From a virus (Duplodnaviria > Caudoviricetes), in the IMG/VR virus record IMGVR_UViG_3300047388_000082, positions 1-50,432 of that record: a stretch of DNA of 50,432 nucleotides; one strand, written 5' to 3'. Every line of letters begins with the position of its first letter. Position 1 is the first letter of the stretch. The notes beneath the pieces were generated by a model, which worked only from the letters and a program-made list of their open reading frames with translations, ran no database searches and was not told the DNA's origin. Position numbers and translations under genes: made by a program. Shown piece after piece: positions 24,693-34,781 of the stretch.

Positions 24693-25133
24693 ATGACCGA
24701 AATCAAAGACAGTCTAGGGCTCAAGGGTGAGATCACCCTGACCCTGCGCGGACCGGACGGCAAGCTCAAGCAGGTCGTCAAGGCCAATACGGTCACTTCC
24801 GCAGGCAAGGCCGGCGCAGCTGACCAGATCCTCGCTTCTCCCACCCTGGCTAAGCCGGGTTGGATGGCGGTTGGTACTGGCTCGCCCGCAGCGACCCTCC
24901 TCGGGACCGAGATCGACCGCAACGCGCTCACTTCCAAGACTAGGAGCACGAACGTTGTGACCTTCGTCGGGGACTGGGCAGCGGGAGACGCTACTGGCGC
25001 CATTACGGAGGCTGGAGTCTTCGATGTGGTCACCGCCAACACCGTCAACATGTGGCTCAGCGCCTCCTTCGCCGTGATCAACAAGGGCGCGTCCGACACG
25101 CTGAACATCAGCTGGACGCTGACCTTCCCGTAG
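24693..25133 (+). CDS. Tail-fibre-associated structural protein
   Basis: NTVT..G, MAVGTG, ITEAGVF, INKGASDTLNISWTL pattern. Confidence 0.7.
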   Translation: MTEIKDSLGLKGEITLTLRGPDGKLKQVVKANTVTSAGKAGAADQILASPTLAKPGWMAVGTGSPAATLLGTEIDRNALTSKTRSTNVVTFVGDWAAGDATGAITEAGVFDVVTANTVNMWLSASFAVINKGASDTLNISWTLTFP

Positions 25134-25136
25134 GCC

Positions 25137-25739
25137 ATGGCGGGCGAAACCCAGAACTACCACGAGACTCGAGACCCGTTCTTCCAGTCGACCGACTTCT
25201 CCTCGGTATCGCCGCTCACCACGTCGATCAGCCTGGTACCGATCCTCCGAGTCCCCGCTACGAGCCTGATGTTCCCGATTGGCTACTGGTTGAAGCCAGG
25301 ACGGCGCTGGCAGATCCAGATGGGCCTCAAGGTCACGACCGCCGTAACACCCGGCAACTGGACCTTCGAGATCCGTCACCAGACGGGCACTCCCTCGGAC
25401 GCGGGTGGAACGATCCTCGCAACCTCGGCGGCGACGGCCTTCACTGCCTCGAAGTCGAATATCACCTGCATCCTCACCGCCGTCATCGAGACGCGCGGCG
25501 ACGCATCGACCTTCGTTCCGACCGCAACCCCGCTGTATGCGTACGGCCAGTTCAGCGCGGACGGTACTGGCGCGATCGTCACGTCACCGGGTAACCCGAT
25601 CATGATTCCGGCTTCATCTGCAGCAGCAGTCAACGTCGACGGAACACTCGCCGGGTCTATCCACATCGATGCGAAGCGGTCTGGTTCCACTGCAGAGACG
25701 GTCGTTGTCCAGGACTTGCAAGTCAGCGCACTGACCTAG
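25137..25739 (+). CDS. Putative virion structural protein
   Basis: T/S/A-rich beta-type composition; late-cluster context. Confidence 0.65.
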   Translation: MAGETQNYHETRDPFFQSTDFSSVSPLTTSISLVPILRVPATSLMFPIGYWLKPGRRWQIQMGLKVTTAVTPGNWTFEIRHQTGTPSDAGGTILATSAATAFTASKSNITCILTAVIETRGDASTFVPTATPLYAYGQFSADGTGAIVTSPGNPIMIPASSAAAVNVDGTLAGSIHIDAKRSGSTAETVVVQDLQVSALT

Positions 25740-25750
25740 GACTCGCCGAT

Positions 25751-27502
25751 ATGGCGATTACGAACGTCCAGCACCCCTCGTTCTCAACCACCTCTCCCTG
25801 CGCCGTTCCAATCGCATCTACAGCAGCAGGCAACGTGCTTACCGCCGACGTGTACTGGAACAGCGCCACCCTCACGATGGCGGTTTCAGACAACAAAGGG
25901 AACACCTGGACACCGCTTGGGAGCCCGAAGGTAGGCAGTGGCGCACTTGCCTCATGGAGCTTGCAGTCATTCGTCTGTCTTGCTCCAGCGGCAGCAACCA
26001 CGACCGTAACTGCAACCGAGAGCGCATCCGGCACCAACAACACCGCAATGGTCGTCCGCGAGTGGACGGGATTCGTCTCAACGAAATCAGTTGACGGTTC
26101 TCCGGTCTACACAAATGTGAACGGAGCGGCGCCAACAGCAGGGCCATTCTCCACGTCGATCCCGACCGCCCTGATCGTTGCCGCCGACCTGACTGCAAAC
26201 AGCATGACCGCGATCATGTCCGCCCCATTCACCGACCAGAGTGGCGCGAGCGGCGACCCTGCCTGGGGCTCCAACTCCTACGGGTTCGAGGTTGTGTCAG
26301 TCACACAGTCTGGAATCTCGGCCACGTTCCACTGCGTTTCCGGAGACAACATCACGTCGATCTACGCGATCGGTGATGGTGGTAGTGCTGCACCTTCGCC
26401 CCCTCAGAAGTTTCGACCGCTGATGCTGGGTCTGACGATGATGTCACCCGCTGTGCGGTCTGGGCTCTGGCTTCCGGCGACACTGCAGTACGGCGGTCTC
26501 GTCGCAGGTACAGCCTGGACGAACCCGCTCTCGGACTCGATCACCATGACGGACGCAATTATCAACAATGTCGGGTTGAAGAAGTCGGACTCTGAGACGC
26601 TCACGGACTCGTTCGCCCGTACATGGGTGGCGTTCAAGACCTTTGCGGACTCGACCACGCTGACCGATGCCATCATCAAGAACTTCGGCAAGGTTCAGGC
26701 GGATACAGAGACCCTGACGGACTCGATCGTCAAGAACGTAGCCTCCAAACGGGCTGACTCGATCACCATGACCGACACACTGGCTAAGAACTTCGGCCTG
26801 AGTCGGGGCGATTCGGTCACCTGCACAGACTCACTTGGTCATACCTGGGTGATTGCCCGGTCTTTCTCGGACTCGATCACCGCAACGGATGCCATCGGCA
26901 ACAACGTGAGTCTAGGCAAGGCGGATACGGTCACCCTGACCGACCTCCTTACCACGACCTCCGGGAAGCAGATCCTCCTCTCGGACACCATCTCCCTCAC
27001 CGACGCGATCGTGAAGAACATCGGGTCAGTAAGGGCAGACACCGTGTCCCTGGCGGACGTCTTCTCCCGCTCGGCTGTCTTCCAGCGGTCGCTGACGGAC
27101 ACCGTGACCATGAGCGATGCCCTTGCTAAGGCGATGGGGATCAGCAAGACCGATTCGGTCTCCCTCACCGATGCGCTCGGCAAGGGCACTGGCAAGGTTG
27201 TAGCGGACTCGACGACCCTCACCGACGCAGTTGCGAAGGCTGTTGGGCTCACCAAGTCCGATTCCGTGACCATCACGGAGGCTCTCGCCAAGAATGCGGC
27301 CCACAAGCTGGCCGACGCAGTAACCCTTACCGACGTTGCGACACCAGTTCTGTCGGGGGCTGGCAACAACTGGACCCTGAATCTGGCTGATGCCATCACC
27401 CTGGCGGATGCCCTGACCCGCACCCTCTCTAACCAGGGGGCCGGCACAGGCACCACTGGACGAGCTCGCAACATCTTCCTCTCCCGTTTCGGGATCTACT
27501 AG
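25751..27502 (+). CDS. Fibre-like virion protein with ~16 tandem 18-20-aa repeats
   Basis: Repeated xD(S/T)xTxTD-xxxKxxG units from ~26528 to 27425. Confidence 0.8.
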   Translation: MAITNVQHPSFSTTSPCAVPIASTAAGNVLTADVYWNSATLTMAVSDNKGNTWTPLGSPKVGSGALASWSLQSFVCLAPAAATTTVTATESASGTNNTAMVVREWTGFVSTKSVDGSPVYTNVNGAAPTAGPFSTSIPTALIVAADLTANSMTAIMSAPFTDQSGASGDPAWGSNSYGFEVVSVTQSGISATFHCVSGDNITSIYAIGDGGSAAPSPPQKFRPLMLGLTMMSPAVRSGLWLPATLQYGGLVAGTAWTNPLSDSITMTDAIINNVGLKKSDSETLTDSFARTWVAFKTFADSTTLTDAIIKNFGKVQADTETLTDSIVKNVASKRADSITMTDTLAKNFGLSRGDSVTCTDSLGHTWVIARSFSDSITATDAIGNNVSLGKADTVTLTDLLTTTSGKQILLSDTISLTDAIVKNIGSVRADTVSLADVFSRSAVFQRSLTDTVTMSDALAKAMGISKTDSVSLTDALGKGTGKVVADSTTLTDAVAKAVGLTKSDSVTITEALAKNAAHKLADAVTLTDVATPVLSGAGNNWTLNLADAITLADALTRTLSNQGAGTGTTGRARNIFLSRFGIY

Positions 27503-27513
27503 AAGGAGCGCCT

Positions 27514-27699
27514 ATGCCTAGTCCGTACAAGAGTGTTCCCGGCGACCAGACCCGGAACGCAGACGGGGCAGAGATCCACACCGTCACGGCCGCTACTGCC
27601 ACAGTTGGCGGCGGTCAGGCGGCACTCGCCACCGTTGCTGGCTACATCATCATCGAGGTCGCTGGGGTGCCGAAGAAGGTTCCCTACTTCAACGTCTGA
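27514..27699 (+). CDS. Small protein (fibre-tip-like)
   Basis: AAGGAG RBS; C-terminus resembles that of 39817-40101. Confidence 0.7.
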   Translation: MPSPYKSVPGDQTRNADGAEIHTVTAATATVGGGQAALATVAGYIIIEVAGVPKKVPYFNV

Positions 27700-27863
27700 T
27701 GGCGAACGCAATCATCAAGGGCGGTACGCGCTCACGGGTGCGTACCGTCCGGCAGGCCCACAAGAAGTGGCACTGTGAATGCGGGCTCGAGCTGAACCGC
27801 TTCACAACGCATCCCGGTTATCGCGGCAAGTGCGATGACTGTGGAAGAAAGCGGCCCACCTGA
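27699..27863 (+). CDS. 54-aa Zn-ribbon protein
   Basis: WHCECG...CDDCG; TGATG coupling. Confidence 0.65.
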   Translation: MANAIIKGGTRSRVRTVRQAHKKWHCECGLELNRFTTHPGYRGKCDDCGRKRPT

Positions 27864-28021
27864 TGGACTGGTCTGGGCTCTACCTCGAGTGCGACAAGTG
27901 CCAGGGTCAGTACATCAAGGGCACACCGCACATCTGCAACATCAACGACCGAAGCGTCGCTGAACTTGCTCTGGAGCACTACCTAATTGGTCGAGGAGGT
28001 TTCACCATTGAGCACCACTGA
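27863..28021 (+). CDS. 52-aa Cys/His protein
   Basis: CDKC...HIC; TGATG coupling. Confidence 0.55.
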   Translation: MDWSGLYLECDKCQGQYIKGTPHICNINDRSVAELALEHYLIGRGGFTIEHH

Positions 28022-28178
28022 TTACGTGACTGAGATGGCTCCTGGATACACCGTCGACAGCAGGTCGATCTCACCAGGTCAACTCTTCGTGGACTACAAG
28101 GGCGAGTTGAGTGTTGCGATCAAGGTCGACTCTCGCGGAATGGTCTACCACTACCGCAAGGCCAAGGACACAGACTAA
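28008..28178 (+). CDS. Small hypothetical protein
   Basis: GAGGAGG RBS + TTG. Confidence 0.6.
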   Translation: MSTTDYVTEMAPGYTVDSRSISPGQLFVDYKGELSVAIKVDSRGMVYHYRKAKDTD

Positions 28179-28198
28179 ACAACTAAGGAGAGTGATCA

Positions 28199-29692
28199 AT
28201 GCCGGGGTTCCACTACTCGGCAGGGATCACTCTCTCTGCAGACGAGATTGGGGAACGGATAGCCCCATGCGCCACCAAGTTCGCGTGGTTCATGAAGAAC
28301 GGCTACTCCCCTCACTACTGGCAGTCGCTCTTCCACTCGGGCTGGAAGGCGGATGACCCCGACCAGGGACTCTGCCGGTTCCGTCACCTAGTTGCAGGAC
28401 GCCGTGGCGGCAAAACGATGTCGGCGGCCTGGGAGCTGGCGTACTACGTGCTGCACCCGGAGGAGTTTCACTGGGATGCGCACCGCGTCAAGTCTTCGAG
28501 GCCGCTGCACGTCTGGGTCGTAACGAAAGATTTCCCGACGGGTCACCCGGCCCTAGTGTGGTTCCGCGAGGTGCTGGCAGCAGCCGGCGCTGAGCACGGA
28601 CATGAGTACCGAGAGAACAAAGGCAACCACTGGTTCGAGTTCGACAACGGTTCCTTCGTTCACTTCCGATCAGCAGAAGACCCCGAGTCTCTGCGAGGTG
28701 CGGGTAACGACATCATCTGGATGGACGAAGCCGCCTTCATCCCGAGCAAGCGTGCTTGGGAAGTAAGCAGGCCGTCCCTCTCCGACCGTCTGGGTCAGTT
28801 GTGGACTACCACGACCCCTGACGGAAAGAACTGGCTCTACAAGGAGTTCTGGAACGAACAGAAGATCCAGGACCCGAAGGAGCTCCGTGTCGAGTACCGC
28901 TCGATCGACAACCCAGCTTTCCCGCAGCAGGAGTGGGAGGACTTGCTCGTCTCCTACCATCCGATGCTGTTCCGCCAGGAGTACATGGCCGCTTTCGATT
29001 CGATGGCGGGCCGTGAGCTCCACGGCGACTGGCTCAAGTACTACCACTCGGAAGACCTTCCTCGGAACCCCGAGACGAAGCAGCTCGACCTCGACGTCTA
29101 CTTCGGGATCGACCCTGCCATCTCTCTGGCTGACGACGCCGACCGTTTCGCTATCTCGGTCATAGGCGTCACCAAGGACAAGTCACAGGCTTACCTGCTC
29201 GACCTCTTTGCCGATCGCATCTCCTTCCCGGAGCAGATCGAGAAGATCGAGGAGCTCGCCGTCCAGTGGCGCCCAATGCTCATCGGGGTCGAGGCCGTGG
29301 CTTACCAGCTCGCCCTCTCCCAGCAGGCACTTCGGATCCCCGGCTTCCTGCCGATCATCCCCATGCTGGCACCGGGCAAGAAACACATCCGGATCCTCTC
29401 GATGGCCCCCCTGTTCAGGACCGGGCGCATCAAGATCCAGAAGTCCCACTACGACTTCATCAACGAGTGGATCGACTACGACAGCACCAGGTCGAACCCA
29501 GACGATGACTGTCTAGACGCGACGGAGATCGCGCTCCGCATGGCCGGAGCCCTCCTTCCTGGTGACTTCTCCAAACAGAGTGACGAGTGGACCCCTGCCG
29601 GCTCGATGGACGAGCTCGCACGTCGCCTCGCGCCAAGGCCCATGTCCGACGAGGACTGGGGCGTAGACGAGCATCTAGGTGCCGACTTCTAG
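28199..29692 (+). CDS. terL: Terminase large subunit
   Basis: AGRRGGKT Walker A, WMDEAA Walker B, TTTP, GIDPA, DDCLDA nuclease motifs. Confidence 0.95.
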   Translation: MPGFHYSAGITLSADEIGERIAPCATKFAWFMKNGYSPHYWQSLFHSGWKADDPDQGLCRFRHLVAGRRGGKTMSAAWELAYYVLHPEEFHWDAHRVKSSRPLHVWVVTKDFPTGHPALVWFREVLAAAGAEHGHEYRENKGNHWFEFDNGSFVHFRSAEDPESLRGAGNDIIWMDEAAFIPSKRAWEVSRPSLSDRLGQLWTTTTPDGKNWLYKEFWNEQKIQDPKELRVEYRSIDNPAFPQQEWEDLLVSYHPMLFRQEYMAAFDSMAGRELHGDWLKYYHSEDLPRNPETKQLDLDVYFGIDPAISLADDADRFAISVIGVTKDKSQAYLLDLFADRISFPEQIEKIEELAVQWRPMLIGVEAVAYQLALSQQALRIPGFLPIIPMLAPGKKHIRILSMAPLFRTGRIKIQKSHYDFINEWIDYDSTRSNPDDDCLDATEIALRMAGALLPGDFSKQSDEWTPAGSMDELARRLAPRPMSDEDWGVDEHLGADF

Positions 29693-29702
29693 AAAGGAAC
29701 AC

Positions 29703-30125
29703 ATGCAGCACTACGAAGACCGCAGTTCCATGCAGGCACCAGGCCTGTGCTTCGTCTGCGAGACCGCCCCTCAGGCTGGCGTCGTGGACACTCTCCAGAA
29801 CTTCACGCCGGGGTTCCCCTCGAACCTCGACGGACGCAAGTACATCTGTGACGGCTGCGCTGCTGCGGCTGCTCAGGCTTGCGGCTTCTACTCGACCACT
29901 GAGGTCCAGGACGCTGAGGCTTCGGCCGAGGCTGCGACTGGCTCGCTCAACGCGGTCATCGACCACGTGACGAATGCGGTTGAGGCCTTCACCCGCGAGA
30001 CCCTTGAGGCTGTTGGCGCATCCAGTGCTCCGACTGTCCAGCCTGAGGTTGCTCCGGAGCCGGTCGTCGAGGCGCCTGTGGTTGAGGCTCCCGTCGCTGA
30101 GGCTCCTGTAGATCCGGCGGCGTAG
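29703..30125 (+). CDS. Hypothetical protein (CxxC pair, P/E/A/V-rich tail)
   Basis: AAAGGAA RBS, MQHYEDR start. Confidence 0.7.
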   Translation: MQHYEDRSSMQAPGLCFVCETAPQAGVVDTLQNFTPGFPSNLDGRKYICDGCAAAAAQACGFYSTTEVQDAEASAEAATGSLNAVIDHVTNAVEAFTRETLEAVGASSAPTVQPEVAPEPVVEAPVVEAPVAEAPVDPAA

Positions 30126-30249
30126 TCATGGAGCCCGAGGCCTACGAGTTCATTCTCGGCTTCGGTAGCGCAACGACAACTGATACGAGCGCGCCCGTAC
30201 GTAAGGGGAAGAAACACCCCATCGGGTTCGCTCCGGCGAAGGGAGCCGA

Positions 30250-30696
30250 TTGTTCGGTAGCGGACTCAAGTTCGAGCTCCTCGAAGCGCGGCTCGAAAAC
30301 AAGCGCCTCGAAGACAAGATCGAAGCGAAAGACAAAGACGCCGACTGGCAAACCCTCACGTACAAGCGAGGGGAAGACGCCTGGCGGAAAGACAACGACA
30401 GGTTCGCTCGGGAACTCGAGGCGACAAAGAACGCGCTCTCGAACGCTCAGGCCCAGGTCGTAGAGCTCGACAAGAAGAACGCTGTCCTGCTGGAGCGGTT
30501 GGACATTCTCGCCAACCACTTCCCGACGCAGACCACCCAGGCCTTCAACTCCCCCGAGGAGCTCGAGGACGCGGAGTGGGCGCTGCGCAACGGACAGATC
30601 GACGCAAGCGAGTTCGAGGAGATCCTCGCATCAGCGGGGGCCCTCAACGCAGAGATTGCTTTCGACACCTCTGCGATCCCACGAATCGGAAGCTAA
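30250..30696 (+). CDS. Hypothetical coiled-coil protein
   Basis: AAGGGAG RBS + TTG; coiled coil. Confidence 0.75.
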   Translation: MFGSGLKFELLEARLENKRLEDKIEAKDKDADWQTLTYKRGEDAWRKDNDRFARELEATKNALSNAQAQVVELDKKNAVLLERLDILANHFPTQTTQAFNSPEELEDAEWALRNGQIDASEFEEILASAGALNAEIAFDTSAIPRIGS

Positions 30697-30710
30697 GGAG
30701 GTGACGCGCT

Positions 30711-33188
30711 TTGTCGGAAATGGCTCAAGCAGCCGCTACCAACGCGGGTAACAAGCCCGCTTCCCAGTTGAAGACCGCGAGCGACCTCGTAGCCAAGATC
30801 GACAAGCTCCGGCAATCGCGTCAGACCCTCGACAACCAGTGGAAGCTGAACCTGGCCTTCTACAAGGGCCGGCAGTACAGCTACTTCAACCGGACCTCCC
30901 GCCAGATCCAGACGCTCCCGACCGATGACGGGGATAAGCCACGCTACCGCGTAAGGCTCGTCTCCAACCAGATCATCACGGGGTCGCACTCACTCCTTTC
31001 CAAGTTCACCAAGACCAAGCCGGTCATCACGGCGACTCCTGGCTCGGGTTCACAGTCCGACGTCAAGGCAGCCCAGATGGCGGAGCGGCTCATGGAGTTC
31101 TGGTGGGACGAGTTCCGCCTCGACGACAAGCTCGAGGAGGCGCTGCTCTGGTCGATCATCACCGGGCAGGGCTACTGGAAGGTCTCGTGGGACCCCAACG
31201 CCAACAAGCAGATGAGGTTCCTGCTCGACCCGCAGGGCAACCCGGTCATCGACGACTCCATGAAGACGGAGTTCATGGCCCAGTTGAAAGAGGCGGGCAT
31301 CGAGGCCCAGGAGAAGGTCGTCAACCTCGGTGACATCCGAGTGGAGGCGATCTCCCCGTTCGACGTTTACCTCGACCCGACTGCTAAGCACTTCGAGGAT
31401 TGCAAGTACGTCATCTGCGTTCACAGTCTAGAACCGGATGAGATCAAGGCACGGTGGGGCGTTGACGTCACCTCCGATGCGCTGGTCTCCGAGCCGGACG
31501 CTTCGGTCCCCTATGAGACCGGACAGCAGGGCGAGAAGACAGTCCGCAAGGTCTACATCGGCTACTTCCTTCCGACCGCCTCGAACAAGAACGGGCGGTA
31601 CGTGGTCTTCGTCAAGGATCCGAATCAGATCCTCGAGGACAAGAAGTGGGCGGACGTCTACCCCATCAACAAGCTGCCGATCGTCAAGTTCCCCGGTCTT
31701 CGTAACCCCGGTCAGATCTATGACGGGTCTTTCGTGGAGCAGGCGATCCCTCTCCAGAAGGAGCTCAACCGCACGCTCTCACAGATCGTGGAGTGGAAGA
31801 ACCTGACCATCAGGCCGCGCGTGTGGGCACCGACAGGATCTCTCCGGACCCGCATCACGAGCGAGCCGGGAATCGTCTACGAGTACAACCCGATCGCAGG
31901 ACTCAAGCCTGAGGTCGAACAGCCTAAGCCGATCCCGCCCTACATCTTCGAGCACTTGACGGAGATCAGCGGCCGGATTAAGGAGATCTTCGCACTGACG
32001 GAAGTCTCCGAAGGCACCGTGCCCCCGAACGTTGAGGCGGGCATCGCGATCGACCTTCTGCAGGAGTTGAGTGCAGACAGGTTGGCTCCGACGATCAAGC
32101 TGATCGAGAAGAGTCTAGCGGCGGCGGGGCAGTTGATGCTCTCGCTCGCACAGACCTACTACATCGAACCTCGCTTCCTCAAGATCAGAGGATCAGGCGG
32201 GGCGACACAGGTACAGAAGTTCACGCAGGCTGACATCGAGGGTGGCACATCCATCAGCGTGGAGACCGGCTCAGGCCTCCCGCGCACTCGAGCTGGTCGG
32301 CAGGCGCAGATCATGAACTTCATCGACAAGGGAATCATCCCGCCGGACAAGGCGTGGAAGTACATCGACATCGCGGACCTCAAGGGACTTGCGGCGCAGT
32401 ATGCGGCCGACGAGGACCAGGCGTACCGCGAGATCGAGAAGCTGATTACAGGCGAGCCCGTCAACCCGATGGCCGTCGCCGACGCTGAGCAGGCATTGCA
32501 GCAAGGGAAGAATCCGGATACCGGGCAGCCGCTCGGACCGCAGGACAACCCGCAGCAGATCCTCCAGAAGGCGTCACTGCAACCGCTGATCGGTGAGAAC
32601 TACGACGTTCACCTCGACGTCCTGTCCTTCTTCATGAAGGGCGTGGAGTTCGAGGCGCTGGACATTCAGATCAAGCAGGCGATGATCCAGCACTGGGAGC
32701 TCACGCTCCAGGCGAAGTTGGCACTGCCCGGTCCTCTTGAGGCTGGCAAGGTCAACACGAACGTTCAGATCAAGGCGACGATGGGTCCGACAGTGGCTTC
32801 CAAGCTGCTCACCCGTCAGGGCATCATGGTTACTCCGGAGGAGGCTTCCGAGCCGCCGCTTGAGACCTGGGTGTCTGACAGTGTGGACGACCCCGATGCA
32901 GATGCGACTGGTCCGGGCGAGGAAGGTAACAACCTCGCCCAGGCCGCTCAGGTCATGCTCAAGGCGCAGACTGACCAGGCGACTGCTTCATTGGCTGCAC
33001 AGCAGAACAAGCAGCAGCACGAGCAGAGTCTAGATGTAACTGCCCAGAAGGCAGGACAGGACGCTCAGCTCCATCAACAGAAGATGGCTCACGCTGAGGA
33101 GCTGCATCAGCAGTCGCTAGCCCTTGCCGCGAAGAAGACGAAAGAGTCTTCCTTCAAACCCCAGCCGAAGAAAACAGGAGCGAAGTAA
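30711..33188 (+). CDS. Portal protein (long, podovirus-type)
   Basis: Follows TerL; GQGYWKVSWD and ISPFDVYLDP patterns; Q-rich helical C-terminal barrel. Confidence 0.88.
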   Translation: MSEMAQAAATNAGNKPASQLKTASDLVAKIDKLRQSRQTLDNQWKLNLAFYKGRQYSYFNRTSRQIQTLPTDDGDKPRYRVRLVSNQIITGSHSLLSKFTKTKPVITATPGSGSQSDVKAAQMAERLMEFWWDEFRLDDKLEEALLWSIITGQGYWKVSWDPNANKQMRFLLDPQGNPVIDDSMKTEFMAQLKEAGIEAQEKVVNLGDIRVEAISPFDVYLDPTAKHFEDCKYVICVHSLEPDEIKARWGVDVTSDALVSEPDASVPYETGQQGEKTVRKVYIGYFLPTASNKNGRYVVFVKDPNQILEDKKWADVYPINKLPIVKFPGLRNPGQIYDGSFVEQAIPLQKELNRTLSQIVEWKNLTIRPRVWAPTGSLRTRITSEPGIVYEYNPIAGLKPEVEQPKPIPPYIFEHLTEISGRIKEIFALTEVSEGTVPPNVEAGIAIDLLQELSADRLAPTIKLIEKSLAAAGQLMLSLAQTYYIEPRFLKIRGSGGATQVQKFTQADIEGGTSISVETGSGLPRTRAGRQAQIMNFIDKGIIPPDKAWKYIDIADLKGLAAQYAADEDQAYREIEKLITGEPVNPMAVADAEQALQQGKNPDTGQPLGPQDNPQQILQKASLQPLIGENYDVHLDVLSFFMKGVEFEALDIQIKQAMIQHWELTLQAKLALPGPLEAGKVNTNVQIKATMGPTVASKLLTRQGIMVTPEEASEPPLETWVSDSVDDPDADATGPGEEGNNLAQAAQVMLKAQTDQATASLAAQQNKQQHEQSLDVTAQKAGQDAQLHQQKMAHAEELHQQSLALAAKKTKESSFKPQPKKTGAK

Positions 33189-33331
33189 TGCCAGACAGAT
33201 CGGCACTTCTCCGCACCCTTCTGATCCAAAGTAAGAAGGCGCAGGAAGAAAGAGATGCCAAGAAGTACGGAGTCATGACCTCTCCTCGTTTGCCGAGGAA
33301 GCCTGGCTTCGGTACTAGCGGAAAGTCGTAA
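33188..33331 (+). CDS. 47-aa basic protein
   Basis: TAATG coupling; MPDRSALLRTLL... Confidence 0.45.
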   Translation: MPDRSALLRTLLIQSKKAQEERDAKKYGVMTSPRLPRKPGFGTSGKS

Positions 33332-33865
33332 GTGGCACAGCGCCGGGTCTACACAGATGCGGACAAGGCCCGTATCAAGATCCTCCTCGACGCTAACGCG
33401 GGCAACATCAAGAGGACGGCACGTGAGACGGGCGTTGCAATAGCCACCATCCGCTCTTGGCGCGACAAGTGGGAAAAGGAGGGCCTTCCGGCAGCAGTCG
33501 CGGAGGTCCTTCCCGCTGTCCAAGCAGAGATTGCTGAGAACATCAACCGAGTCCGAGACAAGCTCCTCATCATCATCGAGGAGAAGGCTGACCGCCGCGA
33601 CATCAACACCCGCGACGCGATCATGGGCTTCGGCGTTCTCACAGACAAGTCCCGCCTTATCGAAGGTAAGGCGACCTCCCGAACGGAGCACGAAGGTGCT
33701 GCTGGGAGTCTTCCCGTGGAACAGGTCCGCGAACTCTTCGCCGGATTTGCCCAGGGGATTGTTGAGGCGGCTGTCCAACGTGATGCCGCAATCTCCTCTG
33801 CCACAGAGGAAGAAACCATAGACGCTGAGTGGAGTGAACAAGCCATCCCGGCACTCACCCCTTAG
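33332..33865 (+). CDS. HTH protein, terminase small subunit candidate
   Basis: YTDADKAR...NIKRTARETGVAIATIRSWR HTH followed by helical oligomerisation-like region. Confidence 0.6.
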   Translation: MAQRRVYTDADKARIKILLDANAGNIKRTARETGVAIATIRSWRDKWEKEGLPAAVAEVLPAVQAEIAENINRVRDKLLIIIEEKADRRDINTRDAIMGFGVLTDKSRLIEGKATSRTEHEGAAGSLPVEQVRELFAGFAQGIVEAAVQRDAAISSATEEETIDAEWSEQAIPALTP

Positions 33866-33885
33866 CTCGTTCAAGGAGGAACACC

Positions 33886-34755
33886 TTGTCAGAAATGACA
33901 TTCGACGACGCGTCGGCAGCACTTTCGGCGGCAGCGAACGCACCCGAGCCTGGGTCCGCTCCTGCTCCGGAAACAAGCACGCCGGCACCCGTCACCCCTG
34001 AGGTTGATGCAGGAACAACCGAGACACCGGACTCCTTCACAAACATCGACCCGAACCTGCTGCCCCCGGAGCTGCAAGCGCAGTACCGGAACATGCAGGC
34101 TGACTTCACCCGCAAGTCGCAGGAGATCGCAGAGACTCGAAAGGCCTTCGATGGTCTCGATCCTGAGCGGGCACGTCAAAGCGTTGAGTTCATCAACGCG
34201 CTCGAGACGGATCCCAACTTCGTTCTCTCCGTGCACGGCCAGTTGACTGAGGCACTGCAGGCTGCGGGCTACTCGCCCGAGCAGGCTGCCCAGGTTGCAG
34301 CTGAGACCATCACGGAAGAGGCGCCGAGTCTAGGCGCTGATGAGGACTACGTGGATCCGGCTATCTCGGGTCTGTCAGCGGAGCTGAACGAGCTCAAGGC
34401 TTGGAAGGAACAGCAGGAGGCGGAGCGGTACGAGCAGAACCTCGCTTCCCACCTGCAGCGGCAGGAGATGGGTATCCGCGCAGCGGACCCCACGCTCTCT
34501 GAACCGGAGATCGACCGCATCTACGAGCTCGCGTTTGCTCACGGCGGCAACCTCGAAGCGGCACACAAGTCGTACTCGGCTTGGAAGTCGGACGTGGTTG
34601 GCGCGTACGTGAACGCCAAGAGCACGCAGGCCAGCGGTGCCGGAGTCCCCGACTCAACAGGGTTCTCCAACGACACTCCCCCGCGTTTCGCAAGTCTTGA
34701 TGAGGCGGACAAGGCTGCTAAGCAGCACCTCGCCAACATTCTCGCCGGCTCCTAG
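33886..34755 (+). CDS. Capsid scaffolding protein
   Basis: Acidic, helical, ADFTRKSQEIAE motif; directly upstream of the capsid gene. Confidence 0.85.
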   Translation: MSEMTFDDASAALSAAANAPEPGSAPAPETSTPAPVTPEVDAGTTETPDSFTNIDPNLLPPELQAQYRNMQADFTRKSQEIAETRKAFDGLDPERARQSVEFINALETDPNFVLSVHGQLTEALQAAGYSPEQAAQVAAETITEEAPSLGADEDYVDPAISGLSAELNELKAWKEQQEAERYEQNLASHLQRQEMGIRAADPTLSEPEIDRIYELAFAHGGNLEAAHKSYSAWKSDVVGAYVNAKSTQASGAGVPDSTGFSNDTPPRFASLDEADKAAKQHLANILAGS

Positions 34756-34781
34756 ATCTCATCTACCTCTAGGGAGCTGAA

